In this document: piece after piece, positions 37,677 through 48,175 of the stretch
Layout: each line of letters opens with the position of its first letter
Position numbering within the stretch: position 1 is the stretch's first letter
Assembly: GCA_033762115.1 (NCBI GenBank)
Contig: JANRLX010000107.1
Location: 10,662-74,661 of the forward strand
Direction of reading: 5' to 3'
Length of the DNA: 64,000 bases
Origin: Verrucomicrobiota bacterium
Lineage (GTDB): Bacteria; Verrucomicrobiota; Verrucomicrobiia; Limisphaerales; SXQI01
Made by a program: the position numbers and the translations under genes
The notes under the pieces: generated by a model
Database searches by the model: none
Told to the model about the DNA's origin: nothing
The model's input: only the letters and a program-made list of their open reading frames with translations

Positions 37677-38525
37677 ATGAACCCTCTGAAATCTCGCATT
37701 CATCACTCCTCTCTTCAAATCACCCTCCTTTACAGCTATCTTCAATCTGTGCGCGCACCCCTTTTGCTTTTGTCCTGCCTGGCGGCGGTGCCGCTCCTCG
37801 CCGAACTTATTCCCATTCTCACTCCCAAAAAAGCCGATGGCCTTGCCTCCATCATTCAACCGCATGAAAAAGTTCCACCCGAAACGACCGTTCTGTTTCG
37901 AGCTTTTAAAACCAATTTCTGGCCCCACGGCCTCATCCCGATTTTTCTCGTCGAACGAAAAGGGCAGGTCCGATTGCAATCTCTTCCTCCTCGCGGTCAG
38001 GAACATCTCATCGAGCCTCTCTTCTTTGCGCTCCCTCCAACCCATGCCGCTTCCAACACCCTCCTCGCCGGACGTTGGGAAATCACCGCCTGGCGAAACG
38101 GTTCCACCCTCCCCATCGGATTGGAACTGGCTGCCGATGGTGACACTGTTTCCGGCCGTTTCGATCAGAATACCGATTACCGCTTCGCTTTCATTTCCAA
38201 CGCTCGCCTTACCAAAACCAACTCCATCACTCACAGCCACCTCTTCACCTTTAAAGTGGATTACGTTGCTGATCAGTTTGATCTCTCGGCGGAACTCACT
38301 CCTGCTGGCTTGAAAGGGATCTGGAAAAAAAGCGATGGCTCCGAGGAAGGCGCCTGGACCGCCATTCGCCCTAAATTTTCCCCTCTCCAACTCCCTCCAG
38401 ACCCGATCCCGCTCTATGAATGGCGGCGCGCCTCAGACAATTTTCATCGCTATTCCATCGAAGATCTCCCATCCGGATGGATCAGGTCAGACCAACCCTT
38501 TTGTCTGGTTTGGAAACCAAAATAA
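37677..38525 (+). CDS. hypothetical exported protein
   Basis: Long ORF with a hydrophobic signal-like segment, filling the gap between ligD and the lipoate ligase. Confidence 0.6.
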   Translation: MNPLKSRIHHSSLQITLLYSYLQSVRAPLLLLSCLAAVPLLAELIPILTPKKADGLASIIQPHEKVPPETTVLFRAFKTNFWPHGLIPIFLVERKGQVRLQSLPPRGQEHLIEPLFFALPPTHAASNTLLAGRWEITAWRNGSTLPIGLELAADGDTVSGRFDQNTDYRFAFISNARLTKTNSITHSHLFTFKVDYVADQFDLSAELTPAGLKGIWKKSDGSEEGAWTAIRPKFSPLQLPPDPIPLYEWRRASDNFHRYSIEDLPSGWIRSDQPFCLVWKPK

Positions 38526-38580
38526 CCAGAGAGTCAAAATGGCTCTCAATTCTTCTTGAATTCCAACCTTAAATCCTGAG

Positions 38581-39321
38581 TCAAAACTTCTCATTCCACG
38601 CTTCGGTCGAATAACGTTCTGCCACCAGCCGCTCCACCCGCTGTTTCACCATTTCCCACTTCTTCCCACTTTGATCGATCTCTCCCACCGCGTTCCACTT
38701 GGCCTCAAAGGAGTCTTTTATCATGTTAACTGTTGAAGGAAAGTTACATACAAATGATTCATGCGCCCGGTTCTCCCGATACTCCGGCTGGGAACTGGGA
38801 ACTCTCAGATATCGTTCCAGTAATGATAGCTCCATCCCATGAAGGATCGACCCATGAAACAGCACCGCATTTCGTTTCCGCCTCTGCGCGTTCCCCGAAA
38901 ACTTCACCCGCCCAAGGGTCAGGTCGGTATACCCCTGCACCAGCACCGGTTCCTTCACCAGATCAGCAAACGCTTCCCTGTTCCGTTCCATTATAAACCG
39001 GTTCGTTCCATTGATCGTTTCCAGCGCAGGGTCATGGCTGATCGGCAGCACCAATGAATAACAAAGCGCTCCCGGCCCCAGCAGGACCGTGCCTCCCCCG
39101 CTGCACCGCCGCAAAATCGGTACTCCATCCTCCTGGCATCGCTCCACAAATACTTCCCTGCCAACCCTGTTCGAATAGCCAACCACCACGAAGTAACTGC
39201 TGCTTTCCCACCAAAGAAGAACCGGACCCAATTCCCCGTTGTCGCATTCGTTCAGCAACACCTCCTCCATCGCCAGTTGTTCTGCCGGTGAAGCCGCCTT
39301 ATATTCAACGACTTTTAACAT
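38581..39321 (-). CDS. lipoate-protein ligase A family protein
   Basis: RRCSGGGTV, KFSGNAQ, LFHGS; divergent from aceE. Confidence 0.88.
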   Translation of the reverse strand: MLKVVEYKAASPAEQLAMEEVLLNECDNGELGPVLLWWESSSYFVVVGYSNRVGREVFVERCQEDGVPILRRCSGGGTVLLGPGALCYSLVLPISHDPALETINGTNRFIMERNREAFADLVKEPVLVQGYTDLTLGRVKFSGNAQRRKRNAVLFHGSILHGMELSLLERYLRVPSSQPEYRENRAHESFVCNFPSTVNMIKDSFEAKWNAVGEIDQSGKKWEMVKQRVERLVAERYSTEAWNEKF

Positions 39322-39436
39322 TCCCCGCTCTGAGGTTGCATTTTCAATAGTACGAGGCTTTTATTACTGTTTGAGTTTGAGTGTGTTTCAAGCAACTTCT
39401 CATGGAAGTGCTAAACTCCTCTTGAGTTCCACGAAG

Positions 39437-42148
39437 ATGAAATTACAGAGTAACGAACGAGTAGCCAACGGTAACAGCGGATCAGCCATGCGATGGGGGG
39501 CCAACGGAAGCAATCCGCAGCAATCCCTTCAATTTGTTGCCGACTATATTCTCAACAGTCTCGGGCCCGAACAAGCCCGCCTTTTCATCGAGCAACTCTC
39601 CGAACGCCTGCGCAATGAGGGAATCGCCATCCCTCCTGTCGTTTCCACTCCTTACGTCAACACCATCTCCCCGGAGGATGAACCAGCTTACCCCGGTGAT
39701 CGTGATCTCGAACGCCGCATCAAAAGTTACATCCGCTGGAATGCCATGGCCATGGTCGTCAACGCCAATCGGAAACATGACGGTCTCGGCGGCCACATTT
39801 CCACCTTCGCCTCATCCGCAACACTTTACGAAGTGGCCCAAAATCATTTTTACCGTGGCGGTGATGGCGACCGCATCGCTGACCTCGTCTATTTTCAGGG
39901 ACACGCCACCCCCGGGAATTACGCCCGCGCCTTCCTCGAAGGACGTTTGGAAGCAAATCATCTCCAGAATTTTCGTCAGGAACTGGCGGATGGCGGAGGG
40001 CTTTCCTCTTATCCTCACCCCTACCTCATGCCAGATTTTTGGCAATTCCCCACCGTCTCCATGGGATTGGGCCCCATCATGTCAATCTACCAGGCGCGAT
40101 TTATCCGCTATCTCCGTGCCCGTGGCTTCATCACCGGCGAAGAACCAAAAGTTTATGCCTACCTCGGGGATGGCGAATGTGATGAACCGGAATCCCTCGG
40201 CTCAATCACTCTCGCTGCCCGCGAAAATCTCGATAATCTCATCTGGGTCATCAACTGCAACCTGCAACGGCTCGATGGCCCGGTGCGTGGGAATGGCAAA
40301 ATCATCCAGGAACTCGAAGGTCTCTTCCGCGGCGCTGGATGGAATGTCATCAAGGTCATTTGGGGCTCGGACTGGGACGAACTCTTCAAGGCCGATAAAA
40401 AAGGATTGCTCATCAAACGCATGGAAGAGGTCGTTGATGGCGATTTCCAGAAATATTCAGTCGAGCCGGGCAGTTATATTCGCAAACATTTCTTCGGCAC
40501 CGATCCGGAACTCAAGGCCCTCGTCAATCATCTGAGCGATGACCAGTTGCGCAAACTCCTGCGCGGCGGGCACGACGCGAAAAAAGTTTACGCCGCTTAC
40601 AAGGCCGCCAATGAACACAAGGGCCAGCCCACAGTCATCCTGGCAAAAACCGTCAAGGGCTACGGTTTGGGCGAGGCAGGGGAGGGGCGCAATATCTCCC
40701 ATCAGCAAAAGAAAATGAACGAGAAGGAACTCCGTGAGTTCCGCAGTCGTTTTGAAGTCCCCATCGATGATTACGCAGTCGTTGAAACTCCCTTCTACCG
40801 CCCTGAGCCGGACAGTCCCGAACTGAAATATCTGCTTGAACGTCGCAAGGAACTCGGTGGGTTTCTTCCCAGGCGCCAGGTCAAGGCCAGGCCGTTGCAG
40901 ATTCCTGACCTCGAGTATTTTGAGGAATTCCTCAAAGGCTCCGGTGGGCGCGCCGTCTCCAGCACCGCGGCATTCGTCGCCATTTTTACAAAACTGCTCA
41001 GAAACAAGGAAATCGGGCGGCACCTCGTCCCGATTATTCCCGATGAAGCTCGCACATTCGGCATGGACCCCCTCTTCCGTGAAGTCGGGATCTATTCGAT
41101 GAAAGGGCAGCTTTACGAGCCGGTCGATCGCGCCGCCATCAGCTATTATCATGAAGCCAAGGATGGCCAGATTCTCGAAGAGGGAATCACCGAAGCCGGA
41201 TCAATGTCCTCCTTCATTGCCGCTGGCACTGCCTACGCGAACTTCGGCGTGCAGATGATGCCCTTCTTTATTTATTACTCCATGTTCGGGTTCCAACGCA
41301 TTGGGGACCTTATCTGGCTCGCTGGCGACATTCGCGCCAAAGGATTTTTGCTCGGTGCCACCGCCGGGCGCACCTCTCTCAACGGCGAGGGACTGCAACA
41401 TCAGGACGGGCATGGCCATCTGATCGCCAGCACCATCCCAACCTGCATTACCTACGATCCTGCCTTTGCCTATGAAATTGCCGTCATCGTGCAGGATGGC
41501 ATGCGCCGGATGTATCGGGACATGGAAGAGATCTTTTATTACATCACCCTTTACAATGATCCGCTTCCCATGGAGCCGATGCCGGAAGGAAAAGAGATTC
41601 CCAATGGCATTCTCAAAGGGCTTTATAAATTCAAGGCGGGTGATTCCGGCAGGAAACACAAAGCTCATATCTTTGGCAGCGGGCCGATCATCCGTTACGC
41701 CTTGAAGGCCCAGGAACTCCTCGCCAAATATGATGTCTCCGTTGATGTCTGGAGCGCCACCAGCTACAAGACGCTCCGCAATGAAGCGCTGCTCACGGAT
41801 CGCTGGAACCGCCTTCACCCTACCGAAACACCCCGCAAACCCTATGTTCAAAGCATCCTCGAAAAAGAGCAGGGGGTTTTCGTTGCCGTCTCCGACAACA
41901 TGAAAATCGTTGCCGAACAGATCGCTCCCTGGGTCCCCGGCGGCCTGACCGCCCTCGGGACAGATGGCTTTGGTCGCAGCGAAACTCGTGAAAATCTTCG
42001 CCGCTTCTTTGAAGTGGATGCCGAATCCACAGTCATCGCGACTCTCCACGCCTTGCAGCAGAAAGGTCAGATGAAGGCTGAAGTCGTTGCCAAAGCCATC
42101 AAGGATCTTGGCGTTGATCCCGAGAAAAAATTCCCCGCGCTCCACTAG
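39437..42148 (+). CDS. aceE: pyruvate dehydrogenase E1, homodimeric type
   Basis: RWNAMAMV, GGHIST, SSYPHP, FPTVSMGLG, GDGECDEPES, LQRLDGPVRGNGK, EGLQHQDG, GTDGFGRS. Confidence 0.96.
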   Translation: MKLQSNERVANGNSGSAMRWGANGSNPQQSLQFVADYILNSLGPEQARLFIEQLSERLRNEGIAIPPVVSTPYVNTISPEDEPAYPGDRDLERRIKSYIRWNAMAMVVNANRKHDGLGGHISTFASSATLYEVAQNHFYRGGDGDRIADLVYFQGHATPGNYARAFLEGRLEANHLQNFRQELADGGGLSSYPHPYLMPDFWQFPTVSMGLGPIMSIYQARFIRYLRARGFITGEEPKVYAYLGDGECDEPESLGSITLAARENLDNLIWVINCNLQRLDGPVRGNGKIIQELEGLFRGAGWNVIKVIWGSDWDELFKADKKGLLIKRMEEVVDGDFQKYSVEPGSYIRKHFFGTDPELKALVNHLSDDQLRKLLRGGHDAKKVYAAYKAANEHKGQPTVILAKTVKGYGLGEAGEGRNISHQQKKMNEKELREFRSRFEVPIDDYAVVETPFYRPEPDSPELKYLLERRKELGGFLPRRQVKARPLQIPDLEYFEEFLKGSGGRAVSSTAAFVAIFTKLLRNKEIGRHLVPIIPDEARTFGMDPLFREVGIYSMKGQLYEPVDRAAISYYHEAKDGQILEEGITEAGSMSSFIAAGTAYANFGVQMMPFFIYYSMFGFQRIGDLIWLAGDIRAKGFLLGATAGRTSLNGEGLQHQDGHGHLIASTIPTCITYDPAFAYEIAVIVQDGMRRMYRDMEEIFYYITLYNDPLPMEPMPEGKEIPNGILKGLYKFKAGDSGRKHKAHIFGSGPIIRYALKAQELLAKYDVSVDVWSATSYKTLRNEALLTDRWNRLHPTETPRKPYVQSILEKEQGVFVAVSDNMKIVAEQIAPWVPGGLTALGTDGFGRSETRENLRRFFEVDAESTVIATLHALQQKGQMKAEVVAKAIKDLGVDPEKKFPALH

Positions 42149-42170
42149 GCACAGGGCTCGAATTCAAGTT

Positions 42171-43304
42171 TTAAACCACTTCGACCGGTTTCGAACGGGC
42201 CGGTCGAAAATGTTCGATATGCTCCATCCGTGCGAACAGGTGCGGCACCTGTTCGCAAAGCCTCTTCATCGCCCCGGTCACAATCTTGTGCAAGGTTTCC
42301 GGCGCAGTCTCAGCCCGCAAATTTAGAATTAACCGGCCGCTCTCGACCGGTTCCGGGATTTGATCGGACACATCAGCCGCCGAATCATTTCTTCCCAGCC
42401 GCGCCACTGCGATCTTCCCGCTGCTTTCCTGCGCTGAGAGGGCCATTTTCAACTGGATCAGTTCCACCGCCGTCGCCTGAAGCCGAAATTGGATTTCTTC
42501 AGCCAGAACCTGCAAAACCTTCCCTGAGTCCAATCCCCTGATCGAGCGCAGTTCCACCCTCGCATTCAACCAACCCATCAACATCTCACCTTCGCCGTAC
42601 AAATCATAATCCAGCGAAATGTTCTTTTGCAGGTTCACGGAGGAACCCAGCGCCGCTTCGAACCACGGCTCCATCTGAGCCCCCGTTTTCGCTGAAACTT
42701 CGAAAATTTTCCCCTGCGGATACTCTCTGGCGAGGAGTTTTTTCAGGCCCCCAACATCCGCGCTGTGCAAATCCATTTTGTTGATCACCAGAAAATCTGC
42801 CTCTTCCAGTTGCTTCCGGTAAAGATACGAAAGCGGTTCGGAAATGCTCCTGCTGGAATCCAGCCCAAATACTCGCATCGCTTGCGCCGGATCGATCAGC
42901 ACGCTCAAACCATGCAGATGAAGTTTCCTTCCCCGCGCACGTTCCAGCGGACGAAACAACGACGCGACCAGATCGGCAGAGCTGCCGACCGGTTCCGCGA
43001 TGAACAGATCCGGGTTGGATGCCTCCGTTAATTTCCTGAGCGCTTCATTCAATGCCTCTCCTCGTGAAGCAAAACCGCCGCCCAGCACCTCTTCCGTTTC
43101 AAATCCGTTGTTCCGCTGCACCACCGTATCCACCAGTTCCGTTCCCTGGTCATTGGTGATGATCCCCACGCGGCTCCCTTTTCCCTTGAGATATGCTGCC
43201 AGCTTCCCGATTGCAGTCGTTTTTCCTGCATCAGGAAAACCGCTCACCACCATCATGCGGGGCAGAGTCCCATGACTTAATTTGTTGAATTCTTTAACGT
43301 TCAC
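42171..43304 (-). CDS. CobW/HypB/UreG (G3E) GTPase-like protein with a degenerate metal site
   Basis: GFPDAGKTT, ITNDQG..LVDT, AEPVGS, KQLEEAD, INKMD, SAKTG. Confidence 0.8.
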   Translation of the reverse strand: MNVKEFNKLSHGTLPRMMVVSGFPDAGKTTAIGKLAAYLKGKGSRVGIITNDQGTELVDTVVQRNNGFETEEVLGGGFASRGEALNEALRKLTEASNPDLFIAEPVGSSADLVASLFRPLERARGRKLHLHGLSVLIDPAQAMRVFGLDSSRSISEPLSYLYRKQLEEADFLVINKMDLHSADVGGLKKLLAREYPQGKIFEVSAKTGAQMEPWFEAALGSSVNLQKNISLDYDLYGEGEMLMGWLNARVELRSIRGLDSGKVLQVLAEEIQFRLQATAVELIQLKMALSAQESSGKIAVARLGRNDSAADVSDQIPEPVESGRLILNLRAETAPETLHKIVTGAMKRLCEQVPHLFARMEHIEHFRPARSKPVEVV

Positions 43305-43548
43305 GAACCTGATCTTCTGATCTCATGGTTGCAGGACAACTGCTCCGCAGCGGACATGAAATCGGGGTCGAAATCACCAATACCAGAAAAGCGGCGTCTT
43401 TGCCAGAAGTCATCGCGTCAATGGACAACTTTCGATTTGCCAGGGATTTTAGCCGGATGCGAGGTGCTCAAACGAGCATCTCGCAACGATCTCTGCTCAA
43501 GGAGCAACGAAGTTGAAAACCCAGCCTGAACCGAACTGATTCAGGTGA

Positions 43549-44061
43549 TTATTTCCCTTCCACCATTTTCCTGAATTCAGCTTTCGCTTCTGACACCACC
43601 GTTTTGGGCCCGGTCATCCTGATGAAAACATCCCCATTGGCGCTCTCGATGATCGCCCCGAGCAGCATCGCATCCGGGATTTCCGTTTTTGGTCCCCCTG
43701 GCATGCCACTCAGGTAAGTTCCCTCTGCCTGAACGTAGGAAACCTTCTTTCCGTTCGCTTCCACTTTTTCCGTCTGCGCTTTGATCTGGTCTTTTGGTTC
43801 CTTGAACTGTCCCAACCAGCGGTCGATATTCGCCTGCACACCTCCACCGCCGCCCGGCCCGAAGTGGAAAAATACAACCTCCGCCTTCTTCTCCCCGGAT
43901 GGAACTTCCAGCTGCGCTTTGCGCATACCGCCGGGAGGCAACTGCACCACTTTCCATTTTTCAGGAGCATTGAAGGTCATGTCGCTCACCTTGAACGTTT
44001 CCGCGGCAAACGTGAGCAAACTGGAGAATAACAACGAGGTCATGAGAAATCTTTTTTGCAT
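43549..44061 (-). CDS. exported hypothetical protein
   Basis: Signal peptide; GGGVQANIDRWLGQF, FIRMTGP. Confidence 0.75.
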   Translation of the reverse strand: MQKRFLMTSLLFSSLLTFAAETFKVSDMTFNAPEKWKVVQLPPGGMRKAQLEVPSGEKKAEVVFFHFGPGGGGGVQANIDRWLGQFKEPKDQIKAQTEKVEANGKKVSYVQAEGTYLSGMPGGPKTEIPDAMLLGAIIESANGDVFIRMTGPKTVVSEAKAEFRKMVEGK

Positions 44062-44185
44062 GCCTCATGGCTAAACAAGAGCGGGTGGGGTGTCAATCCG
44101 CAACAGGCTTGCCATGCCCCGGATTTGCTCCATGCTGCAAGGAGCAGTTGCACGGCAGCCCGGCAACTTTATCAAAGGAGGATTT

Positions 44186-44611
44186 ATGAAACGATCAGCA
44201 ACAGCAGTTTGGGATGGGGAATTCAAAGGAGGCAAAGGAAATATTTCCACTGAAAGCGGCGTCTTGAAACAGTCCCAATATTCTTTCGGGACACGCTTTG
44301 AGACAGGGATTGGGACCAACCCGGAGGAACTCATCGCAGCTGCCCATGCAGGCTGCTTTTCCATGGCCCTGGCAGCGTTCCTGGGAAAAGCCGGCTTTGC
44401 ACCGAAGCAACTTCAGACCAAAGCCAGCGTGACCATCGAGCAAATGAATGGCAGTTGGACCATCACCACCATCGATCTCGATTTGCAGGCGCAGATTCCC
44501 GGTATCGACCAGGCAAAATTCGAGGAAATTGCCGCCGATGCAAAAGCCAATTGCCCGGTCTCACGCGTTTTAAATGCTGAGATTCGCCTGACATCCAGGC
44601 TGATCAGTTAA
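44186..44611 (+). CDS. osmC: OsmC peroxiredoxin
   Basis: GTNPEELIAAAHAGCFSMAL, AKANCPVS; AAAGGAGG RBS upstream. Confidence 0.93.
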   Translation: MKRSATAVWDGEFKGGKGNISTESGVLKQSQYSFGTRFETGIGTNPEELIAAAHAGCFSMALAAFLGKAGFAPKQLQTKASVTIEQMNGSWTITTIDLDLQAQIPGIDQAKFEEIAADAKANCPVSRVLNAEIRLTSRLIS

Positions 44612-45300
44612 TTGGCTGCCGCATTGGTATGGCGCTGCAATTCCTTTTTGGCCAGCCGTCCCAGCCAGATACTTAGCAGCAAGGTGGCTGCCAGTCCGAC
44701 GACAAGAAGCGCCTGCTCTGCCGGGGTGCGGGGCCGCTCACTGTTCAGTGACTGGCCGATATGCCCGAAATAAACGTAAAGCACCGTCCCGGGAAGCATC
44801 CCGACCCAACTGGCAAAAAAATAACTCCAGAAACTGATCCGGGTAAGACCGATGAAATAGTTCAGCAGGTTGAACGGCACCAGCGGACTCAGCCGGAGGA
44901 GCAGGACGATTTTCCATCCTTCCCGGCCAATCGCTGCGTCAAGTGATCGGAATCGCTCGTCCGTGAGTTTTCGCTGCACCCAGTCCCGGGCCACGAATCG
45001 GGCAATCAGGAAACAGATGCTCGCCCCTCCCATTGATCCCAGTGACGCGATGACACTTCCTCCCCAAAGGCCGAACAGCAGGCCCGCTGCAATGGTCAGG
45101 AGAGAGCCGGGAAAAAAGCAGATCGTCCCAACAATATAGGCGAGCACAAAAAGGAGATATCCGGCAGGCCCGCTCTTCCTCACCACCTCCACCAGTTCCT
45201 GAATCCACGTCGTCAGGGGAAGGGTGCGGGTCAAAAAAAGGAGTAACAGGGCAAGAATGCCAGCGGCAATCCATTTGGTTCGGGCGGTCGGTTTGCTCAC
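44608..45300 (-). CDS. TVP38/TMEM64 (VTT/DedA superfamily) membrane protein
   Basis: FPGSLLTIAAGLLFG, LLRLSPLVPFNLLNY, GMLPGTVLYVYFG. Confidence 0.88.
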   Translation of the reverse strand: MSKPTARTKWIAAGILALLLLFLTRTLPLTTWIQELVEVVRKSGPAGYLLFVLAYIVGTICFFPGSLLTIAAGLLFGLWGGSVIASLGSMGGASICFLIARFVARDWVQRKLTDERFRSLDAAIGREGWKIVLLLRLSPLVPFNLLNYFIGLTRISFWSYFFASWVGMLPGTVLYVYFGHIGQSLNSERPRTPAEQALLVVGLAATLLLSIWLGRLAKKELQRHTNAAAN

Positions 45301-45355
45301 GAATCCCGAGCAGGCTACCGAGTCCGCATCAAATGGGGAAGCGACAAAAGGAACG

Positions 45356-46825
45356 TCACGAATTCATCGCCGGTTCAAGGTCATCATTGTCCTCGTAGCG
45401 GACGAGGTCATGAGCATTGGCTTGTTCAGTCGCAGCCATTTTCTTCTCGATCCGTCGCCACGTTTCAATTTTTGCCACCACTCCCAGGAGGATCAGCCAA
45501 AGTGTCAGGTTGCGGGGCTGGGTGAGCACACGCTCGAGAAAACTTTGCGCATAATTCATCGTGCATCCGACAAAAACCCCGATGCTGAATGCCCCCAGGA
45601 AATGGGTCCGAAAAAAAATCGCGGCCCGCACATTTCTCCAAAGAAACAAGAAGAGAAAACTCACAAAAACCACAAGGCTGTGCAATCCGGTTTCAGAAAG
45701 GACCAGGTGGTATAAACTTTCTACGACCCCTTTTTTATAATTCTTATCAACCTTGTTGTTGTTGATCTTCTGCCAATGGTCGATTTCGTTGCCGTAAGGG
45801 TAGGGATGATTGATCACATGGCCGAAATTATTCCAACCCACTCCAATTGGATAATCCTTGAACATCGCCACGGCTGCGCGGTTCAGGAACACACGCGTCC
45901 GACTGCTCTCATCATTCCCGTAGTCCTGGAAGCGGCTCATGATCGTGTCCATCGTGAAGAGCAGGCCGAGACCGCCGACCACTGCAATTGTCCCCATCAC
46001 GTACCAGCGTCGTTTCGTGGGCTTGTCGATCAGGCTGAAAAGCAGGACCGCACCGGTCCCCAGCGCAAACATCGCCAGCCCGCCACGGGAGAGGGTGGAT
46101 TGAACAATCGCAGCGCAGGCAATATAGGCGCAAAGAAATAAATTGGAGCGGGGATGCTTCGGCCCGAGCGCCACCGCAAGGAACACCATGCCGATCATGG
46201 TGGTGAACATCGAGAGCGAGTTCTGATGTTCAAAGGTGCCAAACACCTGATAAACATGATCCACATACTTCATTTTCAGGACGACGAAGAGTTGCCAGAA
46301 CATCGTGACCGCCATGCAGAACAGCACATGTCTAAGGTCCTCCTCTTCCTGGATAAAATTGTAGGCCGCGACGAAAATCAGCACGATTTTGAATGCCTTC
46401 AGCGCTGCCATCAACACATAGGAAGTGACCGGCGCGTTGATAATCGAAAAGAGGCTGAACACGCAGTAAAGCAACCACACCCACAAACCTGGTGGCATGA
46501 AACGAAATCCCCGCCAGTTTCCTGTCATGCTCGCAAAAATCAGCGCCACCGCAACGACCTCGGCAAAATAGAAATGGAATCCGCGCGAATGGCCCCGGTA
46601 CAGCACAGAGCCCAATGAAAGGCCCCATTCACCCGCCGCGAGAAATCCGCTCGTGGTCATGAAACAAAGCAGGAACATCAGGATTCGCTGGCCAGGGCGG
46701 GAATGACGCAGCAAAAAACCGGTCAGCGGTGCGACCACGAAATACAATGCGATCAGGATGACCGCTTTAATGATCTCTTTAAATTCCAAGCTTCCCCAGT
46801 AAAAACCAGATCGGATGAACCACAA
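45356..46825 (-). CDS. O-antigen ligase/Wzy-like polytopic membrane protein
   Basis: Many TM helices; GTFEHQNSL, TLSRGG, PIGVGWNNF, LSETG; start uncertain. Confidence 0.75.
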   Translation of the reverse strand: MWFIRSGFYWGSLEFKEIIKAVILIALYFVVAPLTGFLLRHSRPGQRILMFLLCFMTTSGFLAAGEWGLSLGSVLYRGHSRGFHFYFAEVVAVALIFASMTGNWRGFRFMPPGLWVWLLYCVFSLFSIINAPVTSYVLMAALKAFKIVLIFVAAYNFIQEEEDLRHVLFCMAVTMFWQLFVVLKMKYVDHVYQVFGTFEHQNSLSMFTTMIGMVFLAVALGPKHPRSNLFLCAYIACAAIVQSTLSRGGLAMFALGTGAVLLFSLIDKPTKRRWYVMGTIAVVGGLGLLFTMDTIMSRFQDYGNDESSRTRVFLNRAAVAMFKDYPIGVGWNNFGHVINHPYPYGNEIDHWQKINNNKVDKNYKKGVVESLYHLVLSETGLHSLVVFVSFLFLFLWRNVRAAIFFRTHFLGAFSIGVFVGCTMNYAQSFLERVLTQPRNLTLWLILLGVVAKIETWRRIEKKMAATEQANAHDLVRYEDNDDLEPAMNS

Positions 46826-46936
46826 TCAGGCTTCCCCTGCTTCCCATTCAGCAACGCTCCGAGGAATGGTCAATGCCCCGCCTGATTAACAACCCACAGG
46901 TCCGATTTATCCTTTGATGGCGGAACTGGAAGCCCG

Positions 46937-48175
46937 ATGAGAGTTGCACACATCCTGAGAAAGTATGATCCATCCCAATGGGGCGGGACGGAAACTGCCG
47001 TCAAGCAACTGCTGGACGGCCTGCGGCATCATGGGACCAGTTCAATGGTTTTTGCCCCCAGCCTGGACTCCGTTCCCTCTCCGGACCCTTTCCGGGAAGC
47101 GGGACACCTGATCAAACGTTATAAGGCGCATGTGCCGGTGTTCGGGATTTCCCGGGAACAAAAGCAGCAGCTGGTGTCGGTGGGAGGCAATCTGCTCTCG
47201 TTGGATTTGTTCTGGCAATTGCGTCGCACCCGGCCTCTGGACCTCATTCATACGCACACTTTGAACCGGATTGGCGGAGTCGCCTTAAGCGTCGCCAGAC
47301 AGCGCCGCCTGCCTCTTGTCGTGACCATTCACGGTGGAGTGCTTGATCTTCCCGCGTCCGTAAAAGCCAATCTCGCCGCCCCGCTGAAAGGCGGATGGGA
47401 ATGGGGAAAACTGTTTGGATTCCTCTTTAAATCCCGTGAAGTATTGGAACGAGCTGACGCGGTGCTCACCTGCAACCGCCGCGAGGCAGAACTTTTGCGA
47501 CAGAAATACCCCAATAAAAAAGTCCTGGTGCAGCCTCACGGCATCACCCTCTCAAGGTATGCAAAGGATCACCGCGCTGCACTCTACAACGCCTGGCCGC
47601 AACTCAACAAAAAACGATTTCTCCTGGTCCTGGGGCGGATCGACCCCGTAAAAAACCAGGGCTGGGTGGTCGAGCAATTTGCTGAAATCCTCCAGCATGA
47701 ACCGGAGGTTTTTCTGGTCCTGGCCGGTGCTTGCACGGATGAGGCCTACGGCAAGTCGCTCAAAAAGGAAGTCCGCAACAAGGGGCTCGAATCACGTGCC
47801 ATCTTCACTGAAGGATTGCCGCCCGGGGATGCCCGGTTGATTGGCCTGCTTCAGGCCGCTTCCATGCTGGTGGTCCCGTCGCTTTCGGAAACATTTGGAT
47901 TGGTCCTTCTGGAAGCCTGGGCTGCTGCCACTCCCGTGGTTTCCACCAGAACCTCAGGGGCCTTGGAACTGGTCCAGGATGGCAGCAACGGTTTTCTTTT
48001 TGACCTCGAAAAACCTGCCGAGTTCCACGCCGGAGTTGCCGCCCTCCTTTCGAGCGCTGGAACACGCGAGCGGCTGGGCCGCGCCGGTCATCTCCTTGCC
48101 AGCGAATACGACACCGTCACATTGGCTGGACGGGTGCAACAGCTTTACCAGGAACTGACTCAACGCAACTCATGA
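46937..48175 (+). CDS. glycosyltransferase family 4
   Basis: WGGTE, LGRIDPVKNQ, PSLSETFGLVLLEAWAA. Confidence 0.9.
   Translation: MRVAHILRKYDPSQWGGTETAVKQLLDGLRHHGTSSMVFAPSLDSVPSPDPFREAGHLIKRYKAHVPVFGISREQKQQLVSVGGNLLSLDLFWQLRRTRPLDLIHTHTLNRIGGVALSVARQRRLPLVVTIHGGVLDLPASVKANLAAPLKGGWEWGKLFGFLFKSREVLERADAVLTCNRREAELLRQKYPNKKVLVQPHGITLSRYAKDHRAALYNAWPQLNKKRFLLVLGRIDPVKNQGWVVEQFAEILQHEPEVFLVLAGACTDEAYGKSLKKEVRNKGLESRAIFTEGLPPGDARLIGLLQAASMLVVPSLSETFGLVLLEAWAAATPVVSTRTSGALELVQDGSNGFLFDLEKPAEFHAGVAALLSSAGTRERLGRAGHLLASEYDTVTLAGRVQQLYQELTQRNS

Noticed and set aside
37623..38390. N-terminal ~255 aa of the 609-aa ORF as a LigD fusion domain
   Set aside because: It is the antisense shadow of the + strand gene 37677..38525 and shows no POL or PE motifs.
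43305..43548. Possible cobalamin riboswitch upstream of the CobW-like gene; hairpin at about 43458-43485
   Set aside because: No B12-box motifs recognised, and the hairpin has no U tract.
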